NCBI GenBank assembly: GCA_021824345.1
Contig: JAKAKW010000012.1
Coordinates: 1,491 to 65,490, forward strand
Origin: a bacterium
Lineage (GTDB): Bacteria > Patescibacteriota > Minisyncoccia > Phycocordibacterales > UBA9973
DNA: 64,000 nucleotides
Reading direction: 5' to 3'
Part shown: piece by piece, positions 37,052-46,357 of the stretch
How positions within the stretch are numbered: the first letter of the stretch is position 1
Layout of the letters: every line of letters starts with the position of its first letter
Notes under the pieces: generated by a model
Database searches by the model: none
The model's input: the letters and a program-made list of their open reading frames with translations, nothing else
What the model was told of the DNA's origin: nothing
Translations under genes and position numbers: made by a program

Positions 37052-38851
37052 TCACCCCAAATATCCTCCCGCGTCTTGAAAGCCGCCGGCCTGAATGTTC
37101 CAGAGTTTTTTGTACAGGCCTCCTTCCTTCAGAAGTTCCGCGTGCGTTCCTTGGGCCACCACTTTTCCTCCTTCTATTACCACGATTCGGTCCATTTTCA
37201 TGATAGTGGAAAGCCGATGGGCGATAACAATGACAGTTTTCCCTTGCATAAGTATTTGCAAAGCTTCCTGAATGAGCGCTTCCGATTCGGAGTCCAAACT
37301 GGAAGTGGCTTCATCCAGCACAAGAATGGGCGCATTCTTCAGAATCGCCCGAGCGATGGCCACCCGCTGGCGCTCTCCGCCGGAAAGTTTTACCCCGCGC
37401 TCGCCAACGAAAGTTTCATATTTTTCCGGCAGCAGGGAAATAAACTCATGGCAATGAGCTTTCTTTGCCGCCTCTATCACTTCCGCATCTGTCGCGTCCC
37501 GCCGGCCATATCGGATATTTTCCATTAGAGTGCGATGGAACAAAATCGGCTCTTGGGGAACAAAGGCGATGGCGTCGCGCAGGGAATCCTGGGTTACTTC
37601 CGCGATATTCTGCCCGTCGATTTCAATACTTCCGCCGGTGATGTCGTACAAGCGCAGAAGCAGTTTTGTCACCGTCGTCTTGCCGGCGCCGGACGGGCCG
37701 ACCAAGGCCAGCTTTTCTCCGGCGCTTACTTTTAGATTGAAATTATCCAAGATCTGCTTATTTTCATGAAATTTGAAATCCACATTTTTAAATTCAATTT
37801 CGCAATTTTTCGCTTGCAAAGAAACGGCTCCGGGCATGTCCCGAACTTCATGCGGAGTTTCCAATATTGTTGCCATTTCCACCGCATCCGCGTATGCGTC
37901 ATAAAAGCGCCGCAGCTGCCGGTTTATGCCCATAAGCTGGGTGAAGAGGCCCAAAAGATAGCTTTGAATCAGTACGAAATCCCCCACGCTGATCAGGCCT
38001 TTTTGCCAATATATCACCGCTCCATACAGCAAGCCGATATTGATGGCAACCATCAGTATGCCCTGTATGGACCAAATGTATTCGTCCGCGTTCCATGAGC
38101 GCAGAGTTGCCTTGCGCCATAATTCCACTACGCCGGTAAAAAGCCCCTGCTCATAATTATTGCCGGAGAAAAGGGAGATAGTATTTTGGTTGGTAATAGC
38201 GTCAGCCAAAACGCCGGTGAGCTTGCTGTCCGCCTTGCTTCTCGCCACCCGAATAGGCTGGCGGAGTTTGGCAACATACATTTGGAAAACTATGAAACAG
38301 ATGACCCAAACCCCCAGGGCGATGCCGAGAACATGATTGCGAATAAACAGGATCGCCACCGCGCCGACCACGAATAATGCTGTTGGAAAAAAATTCAACA
38401 GCATTGCGTCCACTATCACCTCTAAAGAAGCGGAAAATTTGCTTACGCGCCTTGTCAGTGTTCCGCTGAACTGTGAAATGAAGAAATGGTAGGAGTGCCG
38501 GATGAGGTAATAGAATGAAGAGGCGTAAAGGTCGGCCATGGAGCGGGATTCAAGATACATGATGCTGTAAACTTGAACTCGGAAAGCCATCCATCCGATT
38601 GCCGATATGCCGGCGATAATCCAGACCAAGGTAAAGAGCTGGTGCATAAGATCCGGCGTCGGATTTCCGGCGGCAATCAGATTAAAAAGCTGTTTTAAAT
38701 AAACAGGGGAGGCAAGTCCCGCCCCTTGTACGAGAACCGCGCCGGCAATTACAAGCCCAAAAAGCCCCGGGTGTTTCCGGATTTCTTTGGCGTAAGCGCG
38801 GATGACATATCCTGTGCGGATTTTTGTTTGTTTTAATGAGTCGTCAGACAT
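37052..38851 (-). CDS. ABC exporter, fused permease/ATPase
   Basis: 6 TM plus GPSGAGKTT, VGERGVKLSGGERQR, DEATSSLDSESE. Confidence 0.93.
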   Translation of the reverse strand: MSDDSLKQTKIRTGYVIRAYAKEIRKHPGLFGLVIAGAVLVQGAGLASPVYLKQLFNLIAAGNPTPDLMHQLFTLVWIIAGISAIGWMAFRVQVYSIMYLESRSMADLYASSFYYLIRHSYHFFISQFSGTLTRRVSKFSASLEVIVDAMLLNFFPTALFVVGAVAILFIRNHVLGIALGVWVICFIVFQMYVAKLRQPIRVARSKADSKLTGVLADAITNQNTISLFSGNNYEQGLFTGVVELWRKATLRSWNADEYIWSIQGILMVAINIGLLYGAVIYWQKGLISVGDFVLIQSYLLGLFTQLMGINRQLRRFYDAYADAVEMATILETPHEVRDMPGAVSLQAKNCEIEFKNVDFKFHENKQILDNFNLKVSAGEKLALVGPSGAGKTTVTKLLLRLYDITGGSIEIDGQNIAEVTQDSLRDAIAFVPQEPILFHRTLMENIRYGRRDATDAEVIEAAKKAHCHEFISLLPEKYETFVGERGVKLSGGERQRVAIARAILKNAPILVLDEATSSLDSESEALIQEALQILMQGKTVIVIAHRLSTIMKMDRIVVIEGGKVVAQGTHAELLKEGGLYKKLWNIQAGGFQDAGGYLG

Positions 38852-38927
38852 AAAAAACACAGGCCAAACCGCCAGGCTTAGCCGTATTCAATATACTATT
38901 GAGACGTTTCAAAGTCTATTTTCTTTC

Positions 38928-39590
38928 TTATTTTACCCACTTTGCCACCTCTTCCATGGGCCGGCGGATTTTTTCCGGCTGTTCATTTACCCGATATCCG
39001 AAGGCAGCCATGCAGGCAACGCCGAAATGGTCCGGATTCAAGATTTTTTCCTCTGTTAGAATGTCTTCCAATTGATCGCGGTTGAATCCCTCAATGGGAC
39101 AGGAATCTATTCCCAAAAAGGCGGCGGAAGTGAGCATATTGCCAAGCGCGATGTAGCTTTGTTTGCACGCCCAGTCAAAAACGGAACGGTCGGTGTCCAG
39201 ATTGAAATCATTCTTTTGCCACTCGTCCAGACGCGCCATCCTTTTCCCGATCTTTTCGGAATCGTTATGCTGCACCTCGGCCATGAAGTTTCTAAGATAT
39301 TCAGAATTAGGCCGCAAGTCTTTTGCCTTTCGGGCGAGAATTACAACAAAATGGCTGGCAGTGGGGAGCTGTTTCTGCGCGCCCCAGGCGACCTTGCGGA
39401 TTTTTTCCCTGATTTCAGGATTTTGCAGGACTACGAATTTCCACGGTTCAAAACCGAAAGAGCTCGGGGATAAACGTCCCGTCTCCAGAATAACCTTGAA
39501 ATCTTCTTCCGAAATCTTCTTTTCCGGGTCAAATTCCCTGCAAGCGTGCCGGAAATTAAAAGCGCCTAAAATTTGCTTCTTTGTGTCCAT
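38928..39590 (-). CDS. Nitroreductase family (NfsB-like)
   Basis: FRHACREFD, LSPSSFGFEPWKF, IDSCPIEGF. Confidence 0.92.
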   Translation of the reverse strand: MDTKKQILGAFNFRHACREFDPEKKISEEDFKVILETGRLSPSSFGFEPWKFVVLQNPEIREKIRKVAWGAQKQLPTASHFVVILARKAKDLRPNSEYLRNFMAEVQHNDSEKIGKRMARLDEWQKNDFNLDTDRSVFDWACKQSYIALGNMLTSAAFLGIDSCPIEGFNRDQLEDILTEEKILNPDHFGVACMAAFGYRVNEQPEKIRRPMEEVAKWVK

Positions 39591-39700
39591 GCTTCTATTA
39601 TACTCTCCCTGTCAAGCGGGGGAGTAAGATTATTTGGCTATTGATGAACATATTTTCCGGTCAGATATTTTTTATGTATTTATAACCGATTTACCTAAGT

Positions 39701-40252
39701 TCATAGATTTTTTAACATGTCGTACCGACCTTTTTTCTTTCCATGTATTACTTCCTCATATTTACCTTTGTTCTCAAAGCCAAGCTTTTCATATAACTTT
39801 AGGGCGGGAATTTGTTCTGGATTATCCATAACATTCAAAGATGCTTGCTTGCCGCCACGTTCTTTTATTTTTTCTAAGATTTCTACCATAAGCTTTTCCC
39901 CCGCATGCTGGCCCCTAATTGCAGGAGAAATATAGACATGTCTAATTCTCCAAAGCCCTCTTTGTATTTCTGATTTATCAATTGCCATTGCCAGGCCTTT
40001 TGTGTCTTTATTATCTTTCAGTAAGAGAGTTATTGCATTAGGATCTTTCAAATGCGCTTTCCAGTGTTTATCTCTTCTGTATGTTTCTCTTCTGACATCT
40101 TCAGGATCTGCGTCAATGGAAAACGCTTCTGGATTTTTTTCTACCGCCTCAAGCCAGATTTCCTTATAATCCCGCCAGTCTTCCGGTCCTGCTGTTTTTA
40201 CAGTAATTACATGCTGTTCAAGATTTGGTTCTTTTAAAAATTCCTTTGGCAT
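39701..40252 (-). CDS. GNAT acetyltransferase
   Basis: VYISPAIRGQHAG, ALKLYEKLGF. Confidence 0.85.
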   Translation of the reverse strand: MPKEFLKEPNLEQHVITVKTAGPEDWRDYKEIWLEAVEKNPEAFSIDADPEDVRRETYRRDKHWKAHLKDPNAITLLLKDNKDTKGLAMAIDKSEIQRGLWRIRHVYISPAIRGQHAGEKLMVEILEKIKERGGKQASLNVMDNPEQIPALKLYEKLGFENKGKYEEVIHGKKKGRYDMLKNL

Positions 40253-40253
40253 A

Positions 40254-40871
40254 CTATAGATTTTTTATCATCCTGATGATTTCTGGAAATCTTGAGATTA
40301 AGAAATGCCCGTTCTTGCTCTTGTAAATTACGATCTTTGCGTTTTTTAGTTTCTTGCGATATTTTTCCGCATGAGATATGGGAACCACAGGGTCATCAGC
40401 GGAAAACATGAGAATTAATTTCTTTGCATTCTTTTCTAAAAGAGAAAGATTTGGTTTTAACTTGAAACGGGCGGTAGCCAGGCTTTCCCCGGGTTCGCCG
40501 GTTACCGTGTCATCAAACGGGGGACAGACCAGAAAAACAGCTGAAATTTTTTTAGGGAATTTTTTTTCCGATAAATACTTTGCCAAAAACATCCCGCCAA
40601 GAGAACTGCCGATTAAAATTATGTTATTTCGCAAGTACGGGAAAAATCTTTCAAAATGGATTTTCCATTCCTCATATTTAGCATTGTCTGACAAGGGCAT
40701 GCGAGGGCGGATTATTTCAAATTTTCTGCCCAGTTTCTTGTCTAAATACGCATCCTGCCACCTATCTTTATGCAGAGATACTGTTCTCGTCTTCAAATAA
40801 CGGAGGTAGTCTTTATAGGTTTTAAACGTATCTCCTCCGTGCACCAGAAATATTTGTGGTTTGGATTTCAT
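40254..40871 (-). CDS. RBBP9/YdeN alpha/beta hydrolase
   Basis: LVHGG, IGSSLGG, SADDPVVP, GHF. Confidence 0.8.
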   Translation of the reverse strand: MKSKPQIFLVHGGDTFKTYKDYLRYLKTRTVSLHKDRWQDAYLDKKLGRKFEIIRPRMPLSDNAKYEEWKIHFERFFPYLRNNIILIGSSLGGMFLAKYLSEKKFPKKISAVFLVCPPFDDTVTGEPGESLATARFKLKPNLSLLEKNAKKLILMFSADDPVVPISHAEKYRKKLKNAKIVIYKSKNGHFLISRFPEIIRMIKNL

Positions 40872-40907
40872 AGCTTGTGATAATTATATATTGTAGGCCA
40901 GGAAAGT

Positions 40908-41531
40908 CTATACTTTCTTTCTTGCCCAGATTTCTATCCAGGAAATATTACGGCGCTTATGCATGTCCGGTAATATCTCGGAAGAAAAAACTTTAAATCC
41001 TTGTTTTTTAAGCATGAACTTTATCTCTTTTTGCGAAAAATATGTATAGAATCGTTCGTACTCGCCTGTAAGCTTTTCTTTTTCATACATTTCTCCTCTT
41101 CCTTTCCTTACTCCGATGTGTAATATCCCGCTAGGTTTCAGGACTTCGTAAAATTCCTTTATCGCCCTTGGGACATCTTTTCTCTTTAAATGAAGCAATA
41201 CGGCCTCTGCCCATATTCCGTCAAAAGTTTCTTTCGGGAAATTCATTTTTAGCAGATCCACGCATTTAAAGCTTGCCTTTTTTGCTTCTTTTTTTGCAAG
41301 ATTTATCAATACCGGTGATACGTCAATGCCGGTTGCTTTCAAACCATGTTGAGTAAAAAATTTTGCGTCTCTGCCTCCTCCGCATCCAACGTCCAGAATG
41401 TGATCATTGGCGGAAAATAATTTTACAAAAGGGAGCCGTTTAATCGGAATGGCTGTCTTACTTTTTTCCAGGTATTTTTTGCCCATTTTGTTGTATGTCT
41501 CTAGAGTTTTTCCGTACGCGGATTTTCTCAT
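40908..41531 (-). CDS. Class I SAM-dependent methyltransferase
   Basis: ILDVGCGGGRD, FDGIWAEAVLLHL. Confidence 0.88.
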   Translation of the reverse strand: MRKSAYGKTLETYNKMGKKYLEKSKTAIPIKRLPFVKLFSANDHILDVGCGGGRDAKFFTQHGLKATGIDVSPVLINLAKKEAKKASFKCVDLLKMNFPKETFDGIWAEAVLLHLKRKDVPRAIKEFYEVLKPSGILHIGVRKGRGEMYEKEKLTGEYERFYTYFSQKEIKFMLKKQGFKVFSSEILPDMHKRRNISWIEIWARKKV

Positions 41532-41539
41532 AATGAAAT

Positions 41540-41941
41540 TTATTTTCCCAAATATTCCAATACCCTCGGCAAAAAGATAATCAGTCCGACGGCGAATGCG
41601 GCGATGGCAGAAAGAAGCACCGCGCCGGCTGCCACGTCCTTGGTGTCTTTGGCGTAAGGATGATATTCAGGCGAAGTAAGGTCCATGTCTATTTCAATGG
41701 CGGTGTTGAATGCTTCGGCGGAAAGGACCAGTCCGAAGGTAAGCACAAGCGCGATCCACTCAAGAGGGGAGATGCCGAAGGCAAAGCCCAAAGCGATGGC
41801 ACAGGCCATGAGGAAGAAGTGTATCCAGGCGTTGTGGGTGCCTTTCAAGAAAATCCAAATCCCCCGGCCGGCATGAGTGAAGCTTTCGGCGCGCTTTACC
41901 AGGGAGAATTCCTTTTTTTCGGATAGTTTTGCTTCGGGCAT
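41540..41941 (-). CDS. dgkA: Diacylglycerol/undecaprenol kinase
   Basis: SFTHAGRG, AEAFNTAIE, AKDTKDVAAGAVL. Confidence 0.88.
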   Translation of the reverse strand: MPEAKLSEKKEFSLVKRAESFTHAGRGIWIFLKGTHNAWIHFFLMACAIALGFAFGISPLEWIALVLTFGLVLSAEAFNTAIEIDMDLTSPEYHPYAKDTKDVAAGAVLLSAIAAFAVGLIIFLPRVLEYLGK

Positions 41942-41942
41942 A

Positions 41943-42046
41943 TTGTTTAGCTGAATAGGGCTGACGCCCCGCGAGCATGACCAAAGTACAGAGTGCTTTT
42001 GTCATGCTTGCCTTCGGCTTGTTTAGCTGAATAGGGCTGACGCCCC
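41943..42046. repeat. 28-bp direct repeat (41943-41970, 42019-42046) flanking a hairpin
   Basis: TTGTTTAGCTGAATAGGGCTGACGCCCC twice; the spacer has the inverted repeat GCGAGCATGAC...GTCATGCTTGC. Confidence 0.85.
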
Positions 42047-42165
42047 ACAAGCACTCGTAGAGTATAGCAAGCTTAATGGAAAAATCAATATTGCGTGAAG
42101 AATAGTCTATTGATGGGTCGTCAGCTCGGAGATGGTCACGAATGAGAGTTTTTTGACGTCTTTTG

Positions 42166-42339
42166 CTATCCTTTTGCATATGTCCACACAGGAGGTTCAA
42201 AATCAAAACTTAAGCCGGAGGAACTATCATGGAGCCACATACTATTGTCGTATTTTTCTAACTCAACGAAAGCACAATCTCCAATTTCTTTAAGTTCTCC
42301 CCATTTCAATATATCCCTAAATAAAACCCTCATCGGTCC
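42166..42339 (-). pseudogene. Displaced 3' end of a histidine phosphatase gene
   Basis: GPMRVLFRDILKWGELKEIGDCAFVELEKYD...* matches the C-terminus of 52901-53506 (GPMRVLFRDILKWGELVEIGDCSYVELEKKD). Confidence 0.85.
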
Positions 42340-42349
42340 TGGCACAATT

Positions 42350-42889
42350 TTAGACAGTAATTTCTAAAGCAGCTTTTGCAAGGACCTCTTTAATAAAATC
42401 GTTCTTTCCGGCCCCGTATGCTCGCCGATCATTCGGGTATTGGCGGGCCAGCCTCTCTTTCAGTTGCGCATATTCTTGTGCAACTTTAGGATGTTTTAGA
42501 TAGTAATTCTTTATTAGGAGGTGGTTTTTCCATTCCGTACTATTTTTTTCTACAAGATGCAGGTTAACTGTTCTATTTTCTGCAGGACCTTTAGCATACA
42601 AGATTCTCTCCTGTATGCCTTCCTCTCCTCTATAATAATAATTAAAAGATGCGAGCCGATCTTTCAATCCTCGAGCAATATCAAGAGAGGGGACAACGGC
42701 AAAGATGTCGAGTATGGGTTTTGCGGGGATGTTCGGTATGGAAGTACTGCCTCCATGAGACACTTCTAAAATCTCACCCGGGAAATTATCCAACAAGAAT
42801 TTTTTCTCTTCCTCAAAGAGTTTACCCCATTTATTATTATGCGGTTTCAATATAACTTTTGTTCTGTCTAGGCCTAAATCTTGAGGCAT
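42350..42889 (-). CDS. GrpB/UPF0157 family nucleotidyltransferase-like protein
   Basis: HGGSTSIPNIPAKPILDI, YAQLKERLA, YGAGKNDFI. Confidence 0.88.
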   Translation of the reverse strand: MPQDLGLDRTKVILKPHNNKWGKLFEEEKKFLLDNFPGEILEVSHGGSTSIPNIPAKPILDIFAVVPSLDIARGLKDRLASFNYYYRGEEGIQERILYAKGPAENRTVNLHLVEKNSTEWKNHLLIKNYYLKHPKVAQEYAQLKERLARQYPNDRRAYGAGKNDFIKEVLAKAALEITV

Positions 42890-42950
42890 ACTTTGATTGT
42901 ATCAAAAAAATGGGTCGCGCGAACAGCGGCCCTATCTGCCTTGTTTAATA

Positions 42951-44258
42951 TTAATCAGTGAGAACTTTTCGTTCTATTTCATCAAAACTGTAACCTGTCG
43001 TGAAATGATCTTCAAAATTCTGCATTGCCGGTTCGCCGACATATTCTTTTCGGCGGGACGCATAATGCATGGCTAATGCCATTTCTTCAGGAACGCCTAC
43101 GCAGTCAAGCGGTTTGAATCCTTCAATGCCGAGAATCCGCCGAAAAAGCGGCAAGAGTTTCGTATGGGTGTATAGATCAGCGCCGAATATATCTACCACT
43201 TCCTCTCTTGGAAGAAAGGCCGAAAAACAGGCAAAGAGGAACACGCATTTCGGGCACCGCTTGCACCAATATCCTTTCTTTAAAAGAAGTTGCGTGGGAC
43301 GCGGAAGCCAGAAATATGTATTACAGCTTGTAACATAGCGCAGATATTTTGGATACTTCACAAAACGTCGCACTATTTCCAGCTCGCTGTACTTTCGCAA
43401 GGGCGATATCGTCTTGATGTCGGGCGTTATAAAAGTTTGAATGTAATCGTTCGTCATCTGTTCTGCCTCGGATGATTTACACCACTGATGGTTCACCGGA
43501 AGTCCCAGGTAGGTAAGATTTCCGAAATCGGCGCTGCGCTCATTGGAAAATACGATTGAATCATATCCCAAGAGTTCTGCGAGCAACACCGCGATAAAAG
43601 TAAAAGTGGAGACCGATGGGTATGCGCTGGATATTCCAAAAAGAGACATGGCCATCTCAAGATACGGATCGCGGCGGCGGCTGACCCGGATATTTTTTGC
43701 TCCCACCAATTTGGCGATGCGCTTGTGGGCCGGCGTCGGAGCGAAGGCAAAGTAATCAAATGGCGTGCTTGATGCCTTTAATATTTCGGCGGACAGAATG
43801 GAATCTTTGCCTGCGCCGTTTAAAAGAAGCGATCGCGCGGGTAACTTTAATCGTGCCGGCTCGGGGATCGTAGCAGAGGCATTATACGGAAACTCAATAA
43901 GGTTATGGAAATCCATCTTCATGTCGTAGAAGAACTCTCCAAGCCCGTTCAGGTAGAGCGAATTCCAGAATTGCGCCTGTTCGCGCGAAAGGGTAAATCC
44001 TTCAATGTGAATGTTCTTAGTCGGGAAGACGCACCAATAGTTGATGCCAAGCATTAGTAGAAGCGCTTGAAGTGTTGGTTTTAGCGCTTCTTCCGGCACA
44101 TTTTTCCAGGACTCGCGCGGCACGTCTTCCAGAAATATGCGGTCGGTGAAAGTTTTAGTTATTCCAATCTTAAATTTCACGCGATAGGTAAAAGCGATGC
44201 TTGAATGAGCAGTGTCTATTTTATATGAGCCGAAAGTAAAAGATGAAACGCGCGGCAT
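42951..44258 (-). CDS. murL: MurL-like UDP-MurNAc-L-Ala-L-Glu epimerase (PP-loop)
   Basis: LYLNGLGEFFY, GAGKDS, SNERSA, VNHQWCKS, SCN, WCKRCPKC, KPLDCVG. Confidence 0.7.
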   Translation of the reverse strand: MPRVSSFTFGSYKIDTAHSSIAFTYRVKFKIGITKTFTDRIFLEDVPRESWKNVPEEALKPTLQALLLMLGINYWCVFPTKNIHIEGFTLSREQAQFWNSLYLNGLGEFFYDMKMDFHNLIEFPYNASATIPEPARLKLPARSLLLNGAGKDSILSAEILKASSTPFDYFAFAPTPAHKRIAKLVGAKNIRVSRRRDPYLEMAMSLFGISSAYPSVSTFTFIAVLLAELLGYDSIVFSNERSADFGNLTYLGLPVNHQWCKSSEAEQMTNDYIQTFITPDIKTISPLRKYSELEIVRRFVKYPKYLRYVTSCNTYFWLPRPTQLLLKKGYWCKRCPKCVFLFACFSAFLPREEVVDIFGADLYTHTKLLPLFRRILGIEGFKPLDCVGVPEEMALAMHYASRRKEYVGEPAMQNFEDHFTTGYSFDEIERKVLTD

Positions 44259-44314
44259 TTCTATATGGTATCACAATTACGAACCTTAACGTTCTTCTGA
44301 GTGGCGTTATAAAT

Positions 44315-44902
44315 TTATTGGTTGTTAATACGGCTATGATAACCAAGTTCTAAATCTTTTAGTAGTCGAGAAAAAGATGCTTCATTATCTCCCTCCCATG
44401 CATACCAAGTTATAAAGTTACCTCCATGTGATTTACTTATTATATTTAACACTTTTTGAACAACCGAGAAAATTTTTTCTATTTCTAAAGTATATATTTT
44501 CTCTTGTTGTGGGTTTTTGGGTTCATGCGCTGTAATGTTGTGTCGAAGAGTTTTAATTCTTTTTATCTCTTCTTGGATAGTGCTCAAGTGATAATTTGCC
44601 TCTCTTATATCATTAGAAGGTAGATTTTGTATTAAGGTTTGCAATTTGAGACTATCTTTTGGTTTATCGAAGAATTTATAAAGATCAGTAATGAAAGCAT
44701 TTTCAGTTGCATATAAAACACCACTAAAAATTCCACCATACCGGTTAAGGATACTGGCACGTCTATTTACTTCCTCTTTACCAACTTCCGGTATTGAAAG
44801 TGATTTACGGATATACTTCCAGATTTGAAAGCAACCATATGCACGATTCATTCTATGTACCAGCTTCCCAAAATCAGTTGTGGTGTCTATGTTAATCTCC
44901 AT
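44315..44902 (-). CDS. HEPN domain protein (AbiU2-like)
   Basis: LYKFFD and IKTLRHNITAH (Rx4-6H). Confidence 0.65.
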   Translation of the reverse strand: MEINIDTTTDFGKLVHRMNRAYGCFQIWKYIRKSLSIPEVGKEEVNRRASILNRYGGIFSGVLYATENAFITDLYKFFDKPKDSLKLQTLIQNLPSNDIREANYHLSTIQEEIKRIKTLRHNITAHEPKNPQQEKIYTLEIEKIFSVVQKVLNIISKSHGGNFITWYAWEGDNEASFSRLLKDLELGYHSRINNQ

Positions 44903-44928
44903 GTTTTAATTAATGAGCCCTTGGATAC

Positions 44929-45396
44929 CTACATTTTAAGATGAGCCCATCTAATCCAGTTACCCAGGAACCTACCTGATAAGTCGACAAGAGTTAAATC
45001 TTTTCCATTTACGGGACTCTTTTGTCCATGAAAAAGATTACATCTTATTTGGTATATAAAATCAACTACCTGACTAAAATCGGAAGTATCTTTTAGTTCT
45101 TTATATTCTCCGCGGTGATTAGGGCGCATGTCCTCAATGCGCGGATACTGCATCAGTCCTTGTAAGTCTGATGTGTCGAATTCTTTATCTATAAATAATT
45201 GTTTAAGTGAATTATCTGAATTTTTCAGCCAATCAATTTTTTGAGTATCACTATCTGCTTCAGATTCTGAAACCATATACGCATCTAGGCACATGTAATA
45301 GATGAAAAATCGAACGAACGGATCCAAATTATCTTTGGAAAGTTTCTTTTCTCTTAGAATCCACCAGTCGACTATATTTTTGAGGTTTTCATTCAT
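44929..45396 (-). CDS. HEPN domain protein (ApeA-like)
   Basis: IYQIRCNLFHGQK (Rx4H); N-terminal DPFVRFFIYY. Confidence 0.7.
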   Translation of the reverse strand: MNENLKNIVDWWILREKKLSKDNLDPFVRFFIYYMCLDAYMVSESEADSDTQKIDWLKNSDNSLKQLFIDKEFDTSDLQGLMQYPRIEDMRPNHRGEYKELKDTSDFSQVVDFIYQIRCNLFHGQKSPVNGKDLTLVDLSGRFLGNWIRWAHLKM

Positions 45397-45480
45397 AGCT
45401 GATATTGACGCTCCTCGGACTCCGAAAGCGTCTCAAACTGGCTGGCATTATGGCACGAAGTTAGAACTCGGAAGCCTTAA

Positions 45481-46035
45481 TTAATCAAAAGAATTAACCA
45501 CATCGGGCAGTTCAAGACAAGCATCTTCACTATCAAAAGCCCCTGAAAAATGTTTAGCATTATGTTTTATTATTAATTCCGCGCTTAACTTTTCTTTCAG
45601 TATATTCCCATGTTCTAACGGAACGTAAGGGTCGTTATCGGAATGGATTAAAACGAATTTATTTGCCTTATTTCTTATCTTTTCAAATTCAAAGTCTTTG
45701 ACAAAGAAATTTTTCAATTCATCAAAGCCTAAATTATTCACAAACCCGGCGACAAGAACGACGGTTCCCACCTTTTCATTTTCATCAAGAGACTCCAGAT
45801 ACCTAAGTATCGTCACACTGCCGGCGCTGTGTCCAATGAGGTTGATGTCCTCGTTTGGTTCGCCGACCGCTTCTTTTAAAACCGGCAACCACTTTTCTAA
45901 ATTAGGATTTTCTGTATCGGGAAAGCTAAGAACATCTACTTCATATCCCTTTTTCTCCAATTCTCTTTTCGCATAAGGGTACCAGCAATATTCCGGATAA
46001 CCTCCCCAGCAGTGAGCGATGATAGCCTTTTTCAT
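45481..46035 (-). CDS. RBBP9/YdeN alpha/beta hydrolase
   Basis: IGHSAG, HSDNDPYVP, KHF. Confidence 0.88.
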   Translation of the reverse strand: MKKAIIAHCWGGYPEYCWYPYAKRELEKKGYEVDVLSFPDTENPNLEKWLPVLKEAVGEPNEDINLIGHSAGSVTILRYLESLDENEKVGTVVLVAGFVNNLGFDELKNFFVKDFEFEKIRNKANKFVLIHSDNDPYVPLEHGNILKEKLSAELIIKHNAKHFSGAFDSEDACLELPDVVNSFD

Positions 46036-46357
46036 ATTTTTATTATACAAAACATGGGTCAAAATTACGAGATGATCTTATGGCGCGAAGTTGGAACTTT
46101 TTTAGCTAATAATTCTTTAAGTTTTTTTAAATCCATCTCTGTTCGGAAATGAAGAATATTCCCTGAAAATGAGATATATCAGCGATCCATCGTTACAATC
46201 ACAAGTGAATTCATTCCGTCCTCAAAATGTCCGCCCAATTTGCTCTTTTGGTGATGTAGGAATACAATTCAGTTAACAATGATCGCATGTAATGAAAGAA
46301 ACCCTGTATAAGATGGAAAATATAGTCGAGAAAGGAATGCCAACTTAGGTCGAAACT

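Noticed and set aside
41943-42046. Possible mini-CRISPR or integron attC
   Set aside because: There are only two repeats, the 48-nt spacer is itself palindromic, no cas or intI gene is in the window, and no convincing RYYYAAC/GTTRRRY box pair was found.
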